Below, piece after piece: positions 1-13,340 of a stretch of DNA of 64,000 bases. The position numbers were made by a program, and so were the translations under genes. The notes below the pieces were generated by a model. It ran no database searches and had not been told where the DNA came from. It worked only from the letters and a program-made list of their open reading frames with translations. Where the stretch lies: assembly GCF_020745735.1 (NCBI RefSeq), contig NC_083449.1:8158923-8222922 (forward strand), in the 5' to 3' direction. Numbering within the stretch: position 1 is the first letter of the stretch; each line of letters begins with the position of its first letter. Origin of the DNA: Hemiscyllium ocellatum (lineage: Eukaryota).

Positions 1-1835
1 AGAAGGAGACATGAAAAGTCCTTAGTTGGTAAGATTAGGGAAAACCCAAAGGCTTTCTATAGGTATGTCAGGAATAAAAGGATGACTAGGGTAGGTATCG
101 GTCCAGTCAAGCATAATAGTGGGAAGTTGTGCGTGGAGGCGGAGGAGATTAGAGAGACACTAAATCAATACTTTTCATCAGTATTCACTCAGGAACAGGA
201 CATTGTTGCTGATGTGAATATTGAGTCACAAGTGATTAGAATGGATGGCCTTGAGGTATGTAGGGAAGAGGTCTGGGAAATACTGGAAAGGATGAAAATA
301 GATAAGTCCCCTGGGCCTGATGGCATTTATCCTAGGATCCTCTGCGAAGCTAGGGAGGAGATAGCGGAGCTATTGGCCTTGATTTTTATGTCGTTATCTA
401 CGGGAATAGTGCCAGAAGACTGGAGGATAGCGAATGTGGTCCCCTTGTTCAAGAAGGGGAGTAGGGATAGCCCTAGTAACTATAGGCTAGTGAGTCTCAC
501 TTCTGTTGTGGGCAAAGTCTTAGAGAGAATTGGAAGGGATAGGATTTATGAACATCTGGATAGGAATAATGTGATCAAGGATAGTCAGCATGGTTTTGTG
601 AAGGGCAGGTCGTGCCTCACAAACCTCATTGAGTTCTTTGAGAAGGCGACCAAGGAAGTGGACAAGGGTAAAGCAGTAGATGTGGTGTATATGGATTTTA
701 GCAAGGCATTCGATAAGGTACCCCATGGCAGGCTAATGCAAAAACTACGGAGGTATGGCATTGAGGGTGCATTAGAGGTTTGGGTTAGGAATTGGCTGGC
801 TGGAAGGAGACAGAGGGTAGTAGTTAATTTATAGGTTCATCTTGGAGTGCAGTTACTAGCGGTGTTCCACAAGGATCTGTTTTGGGACCATTGCTGTTTG
901 TCATTTTTATAAATGACCCAGAGGAGGGGCTTGAAAGCTGGGTGAGCAAGTTTGCAGATGACACAAAGGTCAGTGGAGTTGTGCACAGCGAAGAAGGATG
1001 TGGCAGGTTACAGCAGGATATAGATAAGTTGCAGAGCTGGGCAGAAAGATGGCAAATGGAGTTCAATGTAGCTAAGTGTGAAGTCATTCACTTTGGTAGT
1101 AGTAACAAGAAGATGGATTACTGGACTAATGGTAGGCTACTTGGTAGTGTGGATGAGCAGAGGGATCTTGGTGTCCATGTACACAGATCTCTGAAAGTTG
1201 CCACCCCGGTAAATAGTGCTGTGAAGAAGGCATATGGCGCACTGGGCTTCATTGGTAGAGGAATTGAGTTCCGGAGTCCTGAGGTCATGCTGCAGTTGTA
1301 TAAGACTCTGGTGCGTCCTCATCTGGAGTATTGTGTGCAGTTTTGGTCGCCATACTATAGGAAGGATGTGGAGGCATTGGAACGAGTGCAGAGGAGGTTT
1401 ACCAGGATGTTGCCTGGCATGGTAGGAAGATCGTATGAGGAAAGGCTGAGGCACTTGGGGCTGTTCTCATTGGAGAAAAGAAGGTTTAGGGCAGATTTGA
1501 TAGAGGTGTACAAGATGATTAGGGGTTTAGATAGGGTTGACAGTAAGAACCTTTTTCCGCTAATGGAGTCAGCTGTTACTAGGGGACACAGCTTTAAATT
1601 AAGGGATGGTAGATATAGGACAGATGTTAGGGGTAGATTCTTTACTCAGCGGGTTGTGAGTTCATGGAATGCCTTGCCAGTAGCAGTGGTGGACTCTCCC
1701 TCTTTATGGTCATTTAAGCGGGCATTGGATAAGCATATAGAGGTTATTGGGCTAGTGTAGGTTAGGTAGGCTTCGGTCGGCGCAACATTGAGGGCCGAAG
1801 GGCCTGTACTGCGCTGTATTTTTCTATGTTCTATA
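1..1835 (+). mobile_element. CR1-clade LINE, 3' part of ORF2 (reverse transcriptase) plus 3' UTR; 5' end outside window
   Basis: ORFs 82-834 and 882-1760 carry KSPGPDGI, QHGF..GRSCLTNL, YMDFSKAFDKV, GPLLF, KFADDTK and LERVQRRFTRM motifs; frameshift near 825; 3' end GGGCCGAAGGGCCTGTAC followed by TTCTATG repeats. Confidence 0.96.
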
Positions 1836-1844
1836 TGTAACACT

Positions 1845-1925
1845 GGGTTTATGCCCAAAACGTCGATTCTCCTCCTTTGATGCTTCCTGACCTGCTGCGC
1901 TTTTCCAGCAACACGTTTTTAAGCA
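1845..1925 (+). mobile_element. Truncated Penelope-derived short element (hammerhead family A, 5' core missing)
   Basis: gggtttatgccc-aaaacgtcgattctcct...tgcttcctgacctgctgcgcttttccagca matches the element at 55436-55952. Confidence 0.7.
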
Positions 1926-2730
1926 CTGATGGCAGGCTTACCGACCTAAAGCTCCCTGGCTTTTCCTTACCACCTTTCTTAAATAGTAGCACCACGTTAG
2001 CCAACCTCTCGTCTTCTGACACCTCGTCTGTGACTATCCTGATAAAAATATCCCGGCAAGGGACACCGCAATCACTTCCGTAACTTCCCATAGAGTTCTA
2101 GGATATCCCTGATCAAGCCCTGAGGGTTTATCCACCTTTATGCATTTTAATACATCCAGTACTGCTTCCTCTGAAATATGGACATCTTTGAAGATGCCAC
2201 CATCTATTTCCCCACATTCTATATCTTCCATGTCCTTCTCCACAGTGAACAGTGATGCAAAATACTCTTTTCTTATCTCCCCCATCTTCTGTGCTTCCAC
2301 ATAAAGGCCGCCTTGCTGATCTTTGGGGGGTTTCCCTCGTTACCCTTTTGTCCTTAATGTATTCATAAAATCCCTTGGCATTTTCCTTAACCCTGTTTGC
2401 CAAAGTTATCTCATGTCCCCTTTTTGACCTCCTGATTTCCCTCTTAATTATACTCCTCCTGCCTTTTCCTTTTCTTAGGATTCACTCCATCGCTGCTGTC
2501 TGTACCTGACATATGTTTCCTTCTTTCTCTGGACCAAAACCTCAATTTCTCCATCATCCAGCATTCCCTCCACTTCCCAGACTTGCCGTTCACCCTAACA
2601 GGAACAGACTGCCTCTGCATTCTTGTTATCTCATTTTTAAATGTTTCCCATTTTCCAGCCATCACTTTACCTGCGAACTTCTGCTGCCAGTCAAAGTTTG
2701 AAAGTTCTTGCCTAATATTGTCAAGTCCAT
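1926..2730 (-). mobile_element. Degraded CR1 LINE fragment (ORF2 region between endonuclease and RT)
   Basis: Minus-strand ORFs with ANVVLLFKKGGKEKPG, EYFASLFTVE, IKVDKPSGLD, NRVKENAKGFYEY. Confidence 0.88.
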
Positions 2731-3062
2731 AGTTACACCATTTTTCAGACTTCTTATCTGTAATAGATGCCCAGCAAAGGCATTAAATCTACACTTAATA
2801 TGATATTTGTAAAGTTAAAATCAAGATGAATAAGAAAATCAGACCGTAACATCCTTTCAAAAACCATATATAACACAAATGTTAAAACAGAGATAGAAGG
2901 AAACCAGACAAAAGTCATCAATTTACAGGGTGAGGCAGTGTTAGTAAGGTTATTATTGTTTGGGCAGGACAGAGTTAACATTTTAATGAATAGTTGTCAT
3001 ATATAGTCACATGACAATTAAATAATGAGAATGCCAAACACCCATTCTGTGCCAAAGCCTGA

Positions 3063-3200
3063 CAAATAAAACTGCAGATGCTGGAGGCTGGAAACAAAAG
3101 GAGAAAGTGCTTAAAACAAATTCAGCGTGTCTGGTAGCATGTGTGGAGAGAAAGCAGAGTTAATGTTTTGGGGCCAGTAACTGATATTCAGAACTGAATT
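3063..3200 (-). mobile_element. Degenerate Penelope-derived short element (family A-like)
   Basis: aaaactgcagatgctggag...ctggtagcat...gttaatgttttg layout shared with other copies; ribozyme core decayed. Confidence 0.5.
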
Positions 3201-3749
3201 TCTCCAGAAATTTCTGTTTTTATTCCTGACAATAGAGAATAATTACTGTAGGCGCAGACACAGACACAGCAACTGACTAATTGAGAGTTAGTTCAAAATA
3301 CAAACATCATAACTGCAGAGCAGGGTCAACAGTTATGGAGTTCCATATACACTGCAGACAACAGAAAATGATCCAATCAAATTGAAGTATCACTCTCACA
3401 TGGAGTCATTGTGGTCTGCAGCAGTCAGACATCCAGCTAACAATTCTACTCCCATTCAGACAGCATTCCATTTCCATCAGTGTATCATGGTGGCAGAGGA
3501 GCTGCCATCCCCACCTTTAGCACAACATCATTCTCCATTTCTCCAACTTGCAGGAACAGATTTTCTTTATGACTCCATTGAAAAGGCTTCTTGTGCCATT
3601 GTTTCAAATTAGCTTTCAGCTTCTCCAAATAGCCCTGCATTCCTATGAAGTCTCATATAAAATGCAAGAAAACTCAATACCATTCTCTCAAATACCCAAT
3701 GCAATCACATAATCGTAATTTGGAACGAGTAGAAAAGATTTAGTGAGAT

Positions 3750-4345
3750 AATAGAACTTAGAACATAACAGCGCAGTATTGTATTGCATTTTCATGCATA
3801 TGTTTATCCAATGACCATTTAAAAGCCCTTAAAGTTGGTAAGTCTACTGCAGTTGCAGGCAGAATATTCCATGCCTCAATTATTGTCTGAGTAAAGAAAA
3901 GAGCTGTGCAAGAAGGATGGATTGCACCTAAATTGGAAGGGGGCTGATATACTGGCAGGGAGATTTGCTAGAACTGCTCGGGAGGATTTAAACTAGTAAG
4001 GTGGGGGTAGGACCCAGGGAGATGGTGAGGAAAGAGATCAATCTGAAACTGGTACAGTTGAGAACAAAGGTGACTCAAATGGTTAGGGCAGGCAGGGACA
4101 AAGCTGAGAACAAGGCAGGACTGATAAATTAAACTGCATTCGTTTCAATGCAAGAGGACTAACAGGGAAGGCATATGAATTCAAAGTCTGGTTAGCAACA
4201 TGATATCCACTGCGATATCATAGCAATTACAGAAACATGGCTCAGGAATGGACAGGACTGGCAGCTTAATGTTCCAGGATATGAATGCTACAAGAAGGAC
4301 AGAAAGGGACGAAGGGGAGCAGCATTTCTGACAAGGAATAGCATT
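3750..4345. mobile_element. CR1 fragments: minus-strand 3' tail (about 3750-3900) joined to plus-strand ORF1-end/endonuclease start (about 3900-4345)
   Basis: atagaac tail repeats; then gatggattgcacctaaat (DGLHLN), ttcaatgcaagagg (FNARG), atagcaattacagaaacatgg (IAITETW). Confidence 0.8.
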
Positions 4346-7075
4346 GCAACATCCTTCGGCACTGTCCACAACTCCACCAACCTCAGTGTCATCCGCAAAA
4401 TTCCTAACCCATCCTTCTACACCCTCATCCAGGTCATTTATAAAAATAATGAACAACAGGGGACCCAAAACGGATCCTTGTGGTACACCACTAGAAACTG
4501 AACTCCAGGATGTATATTTCCCATCAATCACCACCCTGTGTCTTCTTTCAGCTAGCCAATTTTTGAACCAAACCGCTAAATCACCCTCAATCCCATGCCT
4601 CCATATTTTGTGCAGTCACCTACCATTGGGGAAAAATATTGAAAACACCTTATCTAATACTTTACTGATATCCATATACACTGCATCAACTGCTTTCCCC
4701 TCATTCAGCTGTTTGGTCACCTTCTCAAAGAACTCAATAGGATTCGTGAGGCACGACCTACTCTTCACAAAACCACATTGACTTTTCCTAATCAACTTAT
4801 CCCTACCGAGATGATTATAAATCCTGCCTCTTTTAGCCTTTTCCAACACTTTACCCACAATCGAACTAAGGCTCACTGGTCTATAATTACCAGGGTGATC
4901 TCTACTCCCTCTTGATCAAGGGGACAACATTTGTTACCTTTGAATCTTCTGGCACTATTCTTGGAGACAATGATGACCTAATGATCAAAGACAAAGGGTG
5001 TGCAACCTCCTCCCTGGCTTTCCAGAGAATCCTAGGATAAATCACATCTAGCCCAGGAGATTATCTATGTTCACATTTTCCAGAATTGCTAACACCTCCT
5101 CCTCGTAAACCTATATCCCATTTAGTCTAGTAGCCTGTATCTCCGTGTTATCCTCGACAACATTGCCTTTTTCCAGTTTTATGGTTTTCCTTGATCCTTT
5201 CTGCCGAAGACTCCTCTTGTCCCCACCAGGGTCTTAATTCTCTCTTTAGGTCTTTCCTGGCTAGCTTGTAACTCTCAAGCGCCCTAACTGCGCCTTCACG
5301 TCTCATCCTAACATAAGCCGCCACCTTCCTCTTGACGAGAGATCAACTTTCTTAGTAAACCATGGCTCTCACAGTTACCCAGTTCCTCCCTGCCTGACAG
5401 GTACATGCTTATGCAGTCTGCAAGGACACGCAGTCGCTGTTCCTTGAATAAGCTCCACATTTCAATTGTGCCTATCCCCTCCAGTTTCCTTCCCTAACCT
5501 ATGCATCATAAATCTTGTCTAATTGCATCATAATTGCCTTTTCCCCAGTTATAAATCTTGCCCTGCAGTATAAACAGATCTCCCTTTCCCTCGTAAAGTA
5601 AACATAACTGAATTATGGTCACTCTCACCAAAGTACTCACCTACCTCCAAATCTAACACCTGACCAGGTTCATTACCAGTACCAAATCAATTATGGCCTC
5701 GCCCCTGGTTGACCTGTCTACATACTGTTTCAGGAAACCTTTCTGCACATATTGGACAAAAACTGAACCATCTGAAGTACTCAACATATAGAATTTCCAG
5801 TCAATACTTTGAAAGTTGAAGTCCCCCATAACAACTACCCTTTTACATTGCTCCTATCCAGAATCATCTTTACAATCCTTTCCTCTACATCTCTGGATGT
5901 ATTCTGAGGCCAAAAGAAACCTCCCAACAGGGTGACCTCTCCTTTCCTGTTTCTAACCTTAGTCCATCCTACCTCATTAGAAATGTCCTCATATATCCTT
6001 TCTGCCACCGTAATACTGTCCTTGACTAACAATGCCACACCTCCCTTTTTTTTCATCATCTTCTCTGTTCTTAATAAAACATCGAAATCCTGGAATCTAT
6101 GACAACCATTCCTGTCCCTGCTCGATCCATGTCTCCAAATTGGCCACACCAGCAAAATCCCAGGTACCAACCCATGCTGCCTACTTATTCTGGATGCTCC
6201 CGGCGTTGAGGTAGATACACTTCAAACCACCTTCCTGCTTGCCAGTGCACGCTTGTGACATTGAAACCATATTTCTACCCTAACTATGCTCAACCTCTGG
6301 ATACGGGAACTACAATTTAGATTCCCATCCCCCTACTGAATTTGTTTAAACCCACCTAAAGAACATTAGCAAACATCCCCCAGCATATTGGTATCACTGC
6401 TTCAGGTGTAGACCATCATTTTTGTAGAGGTCTCACCTCTCCAATTATCCATGTCTCCAAAACTCTCCCTCCCACACCATCCCTTTAGTCATGTGTTCAA
6501 CTCCTCTCGCTATCATGTGGCACAGGCAACAAACCAGAGATAACTACTCTGTTTGTTCTAGCTCCAAGCTTCCACCCTAGCTCCCTGACTTTCTGCCTTA
6601 AATCCGCATCCCTTTTCCTACCTATGTTGTTAGTGCCTATGTGGACCACGACTTGGGGCAGCTCCCCTTCCTCTTCAAGGATCCTGAAAACATGATGTGA
6701 GACATCATGAACCCTGACATCTAGGAGGCAACACACCAATCATGAGTCTGTCTCACTCCCACAGAACCTCCCATATATCCCTTTAACTGTGGAGAACGCA
6801 ATAGCAAATGCTCTCTTCCTCTCTCCCCATCCCTTCTGAGCAACAGGGACAGACTCTGTGCCAGAGACCTGTACCCTGTGGCTTACCACTGGTATGTTCA
6901 CCCACTCCCCTACCACTAACAGAATCCAAAACGATATACTTGTTATTAAGGGGAATGGCCACAGTGGATCCCTGCATGTCTGCTGGTTCCCTTTCAGCCC
7001 CCTGACTGTAACCCACTGGCCTTTCTTCTTCTACCTGATGTGTGAATATCTCTCAGTAACTCCTCACAAGATAAT
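4346..7075 (-). mobile_element. Degraded CR1 LINE: ORF1 SGNH-esterase domain, endonuclease and RT
   Basis: ORFs VVVHIGTNNIGR (6497-6739), GGVALLVKD..EVTLLG (5835-6170), GVPQGSVLGPLLF..FADDT (4346-4534). Confidence 0.92.
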
Positions 7076-7292
7076 ATAAATTCCAAAGTTGCTCATTTAT
7101 CTTTTTATGAGAAGAGTCCAAATGTTTAATTCTTCAAAAAAGTTTAATTTGGCTGTTCCAATTTCCACCACTGCTTGAGAGAAAATCAAAGTCCTACTGC
7201 CTTCCTCCTCCCCTCCACAGAGCTGCACAAGTGTCGAAATGATGGTGAGCAACATTACAATACAGTGCAGGGTAATTAACACCTACCTTTTG

Positions 7293-7595
7293 ATTAGATT
7301 AGATTCCCTGCTGTGTGGAAACTGGCCCTTTGGCCCAAACAGTCCACACCAACCCTCCAAAGAGGAACCACCCAGACCCATTTCCCTCTGACTAATGCAC
7401 CTAACGCTATGGACAATCTAGCATGGCCAATTCACCTGACCTTTGGACTGTGGGAGGAAACCGGAGCACCTGGACGAAATGCATGCAGACACAGGGAGAA
7501 TGTGCAAACTCCATAAAGACAGTCGCCCGAGGCTGGAATCGAACCTGGGACCCTGTGAGGCAGCAGTGCTAAACATTGAGCCACTGTGCCACCCC
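7293..7595 (-). mobile_element. tRNA-derived SINE (HE1/V-SINE type)
   Basis: Reverse complement reads ggtggcacagtggc (A box), ggttcgattcc (B box), tggagtttgcacattctccctgtgtctgc core, CR1-like tail, (aatct)n end. Confidence 0.9.
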
Positions 7596-7639
7596 TTTAA
7601 CTTTACTTCAACAGTTTTCAAGATCAGGTGGGTCAGTGG

Positions 7640-8638
7640 GCCAAGAAGTGACAGATGCAGTTTCCTTTAGATTCATGTGAGGTGTTCGATTTTGGTAAGA
7701 CAAACCAGGGCAGGAGTTAACGGTGGGGCCTTGGTGAGTGTTGCTGAACAAAGAGACCTCGGGGTGCTGCTGCATATTTCCTTGAAAGTAAAGTCACAGG
7801 TAGACAGAGCGGTGAAGAAAGCATTTGGCATGCTTGCCTTTATTGGTCAGAACTTTGAGTGTAGGAGTTGGGATGTCATCTAATAGCTGTACAGGACATT
7901 ATTGATGCCTCTTTTATGAGATTGTGTGTAACGCTCATCACCCTTCTCCAGGAAGGATGTTGAGATAGTGCAGAAAAGATTTACAAGCATGTTATAGAGA
8001 TATAGTCATACAGCATTGAAACCGATCCTTCCGCCCACCAAGTTTATGATGCCCAACAAACAGCAAACTGCATTCATCCCATTTACCTGCACTTGACCCA
8101 AAGCTAACTATGTCCTGGTTTCTGAAGGGTATATCCAGATGCTTCTTTCAATGCTGTGAGAGTATTCCACCACACACACAGGCAGTCTGATCCAAACTTT
8201 ACCCACCCTCTAGATCAAAATATTTTTCTCAGATATCCCATAAACTGCTTTCCCTGCACCTTCAACTTGTATCCCCTGGTCTTCGTCACATCTGCCAAGG
8301 GGAGAAAGATTCTCACATCTACTCTGTCTGCATCTTTCACAATTTAGTATATCTCAGTCAGATCCTTCCTCAACCACCTTTGCTCCAAGGAAACCAAACC
8401 TAATTCCTACAGTCTTCTCTTTTGACGGAGACTTTCCATCCCACTGCATCCTCTCCAGTCAATCTCATCCTTCTAATTGTGTGGCACACAGTATTTGATC
8501 TGTTTTATAAAGGTGGAATAAGACTTCCTTTCACTCATTTGACAGCTCTGGTACTGAAGGAAAGCATTCTGTATGCCTTCTTCAGCAGCCTGTCTGCCTG
8601 TACTGACACCTTCAGTGATTTACAGACTTGTACACCAA
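7640..8638. mobile_element. Old CR1 RT/3' fragments in both orientations
   Basis: EQRDLGV..SLKV..QVDRAVKKAFGML on + (7677-7883); LGVQVCKSLKV..KKAYRML on - near 8535-8640. Confidence 0.75.
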
Positions 8639-8940
8639 GGCAGCATGGTGGCGCAGTAGTTAGCACTGCTGCCTCACAGCGCCAGAGACCCAGGTTCAAT
8701 TCCTGTCTCGGGCGACTCTCTGTGTGGAGTTTGCACATTCTCCCTGTGGCTGCGTGGGTTTCCTCCGGTTTCCTCCTACAATCCAAAAATGTGCAGTTTA
8801 GGTGAATTGGCCATCCTAAATTGCCTGTAGTATTAGGTGAAGGGGTAAATGTAGGGGAATGGGTCTGGGTGGGTTGCGCTTCGGCAAGTCAGTGTGGACT
8901 TGTTGGTCCGAAGGACCTGTTTCCACACTGTAAGTAAGTA
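8639..8940 (+). mobile_element. tRNA-derived SINE (HE1/V-SINE type) inserted into a CR1 remnant
   Basis: ggtggcgcagtagttagcactgctgcctcacagcgccagagacccaggttcaattcc head, central core, ggtccgaaggacctgtttccacactgta tail. Confidence 0.93.
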
Positions 8941-9452
8941 ATCTTTGTTCCTCAGTACTGCCGAGGGACCAATCCTTCATTGTGTCATTCTTTGCCTTAT
9001 TAGACCTTCCAAAATGACCTTCCTCACATTTATCAGGATTAAATTCCATCTGCCATTGCAGTGCCCAATGTTCTCATCCTGTCGCCTGAGACCATCTCTC
9101 TCACTGTCAACAATGCCATCGATTCTCATGTCATAGAACAAAGAACAATACAGCACAGGAACAGGCCCATTGCATTTCAAGGCTGTACTGAAACATATAT
9201 TTTCACGTGAAAAATTCATCTGCAAGCATATGTTCTACATTCCCATCCAATTGTGAATATGTACATAACAAGCAGCAAGGGTCCCAGCACTGATCCCTGT
9301 GGTACATCACTGGTCACAGGCTTCCAATCACAAACACAACCCTCCACAATTGTAGCTTGCATCCTGTCTGCAAGCTCATTTCAGATCCAGGTTGCTTGAG
9401 ACTCCGAGAGCCGAGTTTGGACCAGTCTTTTATATGGGACTTTGTCAATGGC
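8941..9452 (-). mobile_element. Degraded CR1 RT fragment, continuing at 10659-10700 after the LTR insertion
   Basis: MEFNPDKCE..HFGRSN ORF; gggtcccagcactgatccctgtggtac = reverse complement of VPQGSVLGP. Confidence 0.8.
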
Positions 9453-10658
9453 TGTAGGGGTGGCCCGTACCTGGCCAGAATAGATTTGCCCATGTCTGTT
9501 AACACAAACTGACCTTTAAACAGCAGGATGTGAAAAGCAGTGGCAGACAAAAACTACGCCAAGCAGCCTGCTCACACAGTAAGGCATAATGATATCATTG
9601 AACAAACCATGCAAGTACAGTAAAAAGGACCCAGTCTGTAGCCATTCTAAACTGTTCTGAGAAACAGACCTCATGTCCAATAAATGAGTAACTGCAGCCA
9701 CGTTAAACGAAAGGGTAATTTGTCCCAGTTAATGATCAGAAACCAGGTGCCCATTAATCCCCAAAAACAACTGAGGGTGCAACAGCTAAAGTTATCTTAT
9801 AGTACTCAGTTTCTTGAAAGAAGTTAGAATATGAAGAATTAGAGATATAGCGTCATCGCCATAGTTTTCAGCATAAAAAATAGATGCACATTACTAAAGC
9901 ATAAAGGGGAAAAGAAGCATTTAAACCTGGAAGTGAAGCTTTAGGTAATGACTCCTCTTACACCCAGAACACAACAGATTGCTCACAGCCCATTAATCAC
10001 AAAGTGCTAATAGTTGGGATAACTAAATTACTTTACGTTTTGTAACTGAGTTTTTATAACAGAAATTAAAATTACAAGTCTGTGGCAAGTAAATCAAAAC
10101 AAACTCTCCTTTTGTTTTTCTTCATATAATTCAGACAGTGGGGAAATATATCAGTGGAGCAATTGATCTTGATAAAATGGAATATAATGAATAACAGCAT
10201 TCAAATTGTCCTGAAAGAGAAGCTAGCCTGCGAGAAACCCGAGGCTGTATAGAAAATAACTTTGGAATGTGAATGAATAGGGTGCATAGAAAGATCGCAA
10301 GGCCTAGAGATTACAGTGTTCTCTAAACTCAGATGTCAGGGGATCCTGGGGCTGTCCATAGAAATGCCCATCATTGATTCGGTGTTTCATTGAATATGGT
10401 ATGCAAAGTAAGGGGAAGGAACATCATAATTAAATTGTATGTGATTGATATCAGAAAGTTTATATACAATATCGCTTTTTATTGTAACAAAAAAAGTGTG
10501 TCATTGGCCTCTCTTCTGAGGTCAGTCTCTGGGGTAGATCATTTGGCCCTCTTCCCCGGACTAACCCGTTTCTGCTTGAATAAGCACCTACCACTTGCCT
10601 GAATGATGCCTGCCTGCGTGCTGAGTCTTTCGTCCCGGTCAGGGGTTATGCTTCAACA
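9453..10658. mobile_element. Putative solo LTR (about 1.2 kb) inserted into a CR1 remnant
   Basis: Begins TGTAG and ends CAACA; CR1 sequence breaks at tttgtcaatggc and resumes aagaccttac..agtccatgta; degenerate 5-bp TSD atggc/aagac; no coding capacity seen. Confidence 0.65.
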
Positions 10659-10704
10659 AAGACCTTACAGCAGTCCATGTAAACCACGTCAACTGCACTC
10701 TCAT

Positions 10705-11365
10705 CAGGATGTTCCATTGCCAGGACTGGAGGTTTTGAGTTAGGGGGAGTGGCTAAACAGCATGTTGCTTTATTCTGTGGACTGTCGGAGAATGAGGTGT
10801 GACCTTTGTATGGGTTGAGAAAATCATGAGGGGCACAATAGGATGAATAGCCCTGGTCATTTTCCGAATGTGGGTGCGTATAAAAATAGAGGGCACAGGT
10901 TTGAATTTTGGAAAAAAGATTTTGAAAGGGTCTGTGGGGTTACACTACCACAGAGGGTGGTGCTTGTACGGAATGAGCTACCAGAGGAAGTGGAGGTGGT
11001 GGGTACAATTATAACCTTTTATAGCCACCTGGATGTATAGAAGAATAGGAACAGTTTTGATGGATCTGCGCCAAATGCTGGCAAATGTGAGTAGCCATGA
11101 TGTGGAGGTGCCAGTGTTGGAATGGGGTGGACAAAGTTAAGAATCACACCACCAATTTGTCGTACACCAGGTTTATTTGGAAGCACTAGCTTTCAGTGCA
11201 CTGCTCCTTCATCACTCTGAAAGCTAGTGCTTCCACGTAAACCTGTTGTACTATAACCTGGTGTTGAGATTTTTAACTTAAATGGGACCAGGTCAGATTA
11301 GGATCTCTGGTCAGCATGAACAACTTGGACCAAAGGGTCTGTTTCTGTGCTGTATAATCGTGTGA
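10705..11365 (+). mobile_element. Degraded CR1 3' end, interrupted at 11095-11279
   Basis: RGHRF..QRVV..NELPEEV ORF 10843-11040; tail ggaccaaagggtctgtttctgtgctgta. Confidence 0.8.
11095..11279 (-). mobile_element. Fold-back Penelope-derived short element, hammerhead family B
   Basis: Inverted arms (ggtttatttggaagcactagctttcag / ctgaaagctagtgcttccacgtaaacc); minus strand tgatga-aggagc-agt-gcact-gaaa-gcta; degenerate 12-bp TSD 11083-11094 / 11280-11291. Confidence 0.75.
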
Positions 11366-13008
11366 CTCTCTGAAGGCCACACCTTGATATCACTACTCCC
11401 AGTTAGACACTGCACTATCCTGCAAAGGTCCATTGCTTTTACCTCCTTGACTCTGAAGAACAGCACAACTCCTTTCTGTGACAATGTGCTGTGGTTTCAC
11501 TTGTCTGGAATCTTACAGGTTCAGTCAAAGAAAATAAGCTCTTTCCCATTCACTTCAGGACACATGAACTGAAAACTCTCTCCTTTGCTAACTGGCTGTC
11601 CACTTAATAGCAAGCATTTAAACTGCTCAGTAACACAATACATGAAGATCGAAGCAGGATCAATAGAGTGTGGGCATCCTTCCTGTATCATAACAAGTGT
11701 TCCTTTCAAAAACCACTTTTATACATAAAATCAGTGAATGTACACAGCAGCCCAAGTAGTCAACATTAAATTTTAGTTTCAAGTTTTTCACTAGACAACA
11801 TGGCTCTAATCTGTTGGCCACCTGTCACATCTGAGCAGAGTTTTGAAGGGCAATAAATCATATCACAGTCCAATTAAATAGCACAGACTGCCAGGGAGAG
11901 AGTACTTACCAAGTACACAAACCGTACAAGTGAATGGAATAAACAAGATTAGTTCTGTACTCGCAGAGAAGAACAAATAGTTGCAGATTGCAACAGTTAT
12001 TGTCCTTATTTATGTAATGAAGGACTTAAAGGAAACTGATGGTTTCTGGACTCAGCAAAGAGTGAGATGATGCCAACACACAGTGGGTACAGAATAATTT
12101 GCAAAGCACGGAAACACTGTCAGGTTAATAGATCTGTAGGCAAAAATAGAAAAATCATGCTGACTAGGATCACATGGGTGGGAGAGCTACAGTTTCCTTA
12201 AATGAAACGGGAAAGGTAAGAGTGAAGTTTGTCAGTCCCAGTGTACAAGAGAACTTCCTATAGGATTTTAATGCATAGTATAATGTTGGTCAAAAAGTAA
12301 ACTCCATTTGTTTATTTGGAAATACTGAACCTATTGCATGCTAACAATGTATTCCACTTAAATAGGGAAAGAAGTAAACAAATATTCAGGTTAATTATTC
12401 CTCCAATTATCTCATCATGGTTTAAACTTGCTGTCTGACTCTATGACTGTACGTAATTCATGTATTAATTTTGTTTGTCCAAACTGGATGATTTAGATGA
12501 CATGCCAAGTGCTAGATTTAAACAAATATTGCAATTTAATTTATTTTCACAAAGTGAAAACTGAACACATCTCATACAAAATGACTGAATGAATACGTTG
12601 TTTTCAAGTGGTCGAAAGGGAAATTAAATATTAATATGAAAAGGTACACATTTAGACAGATCCCCAGAGATTATTGGCTACAGAATGTAAAAGCTCTCAT
12701 AAAGTGGTCTTGTTATAAACATGTGAACAAATAAGTTAAAAATGCACATTCAGAATATAACTTACAATCATAACCTGTACCATAGAATAAAAATTGTGGA
12801 AATTGTCCAAACTGCTTTATGCTGCCAGAGACTGAAGATGGTATTGAAAAAAAGTCTTGCTTTCAATTACAGTAGATATCATTTCTCGGTGCAGATAGAG
12901 TTCATTTGGCCCATCCCCCCACAACAACTCACCAAAGCAGATCCCAGCCAGATGTAGACCTCACCCTATCCCCATAACTCAACATTTACCATAGTTAACC
13001 CACTGACA

Positions 13009-13120
13009 CTGGAGTGGTGCTGGAAGGACACGGCAGTTCAGGCAGTATCCAAGGAGCAGGAAAATCGACATTTCAGGAAATCTGGTTTCCAGCATCAGCA
13101 GCCCTTGTTTTTACCCAGTT
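13009..13120. mobile_element. Penelope-derived short element (family A, rearranged) present only in duplication copy 1
   Basis: 14-bp TSD ttaacccactgaca at 12995-13008 and 13121-13134; empty site in copy 2 near 20760. Confidence 0.85.
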
Positions 13121-13139
13121 TTAACCCACTGACATTGAT

Positions 13140-13340
13140 CATCATTGAATACTACAGGACATTTTACCATGACTAATCCAGCAAACCTGCACATATTTGG
13201 ACCATGCAAAGAAACTTGAGCACCCAGAGGAAACCCATACAGACATGGGCAGAACATGCAAACTGCACACAGGTAATGAACCAAGGCTGGAATTGAATCT
13301 GCATCCCTGGCACCAGTGTGCCACCATGCCACCATGGATG
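13140..13340 (-). mobile_element. Degenerate tRNA-derived SINE (paralog at about 20770-20960)
   Basis: gagcacccagaggaaaccca..tgcaaactgcacaca..gtgtgccaccatgccacc. Confidence 0.8.

Noticed and set aside
8639-8710. tRNA genes at SINE heads (also 7530-7595, 58331-58390)
   Set aside because: A/B boxes continue directly into SINE core and CR1-like tail; no complete cloverleaf
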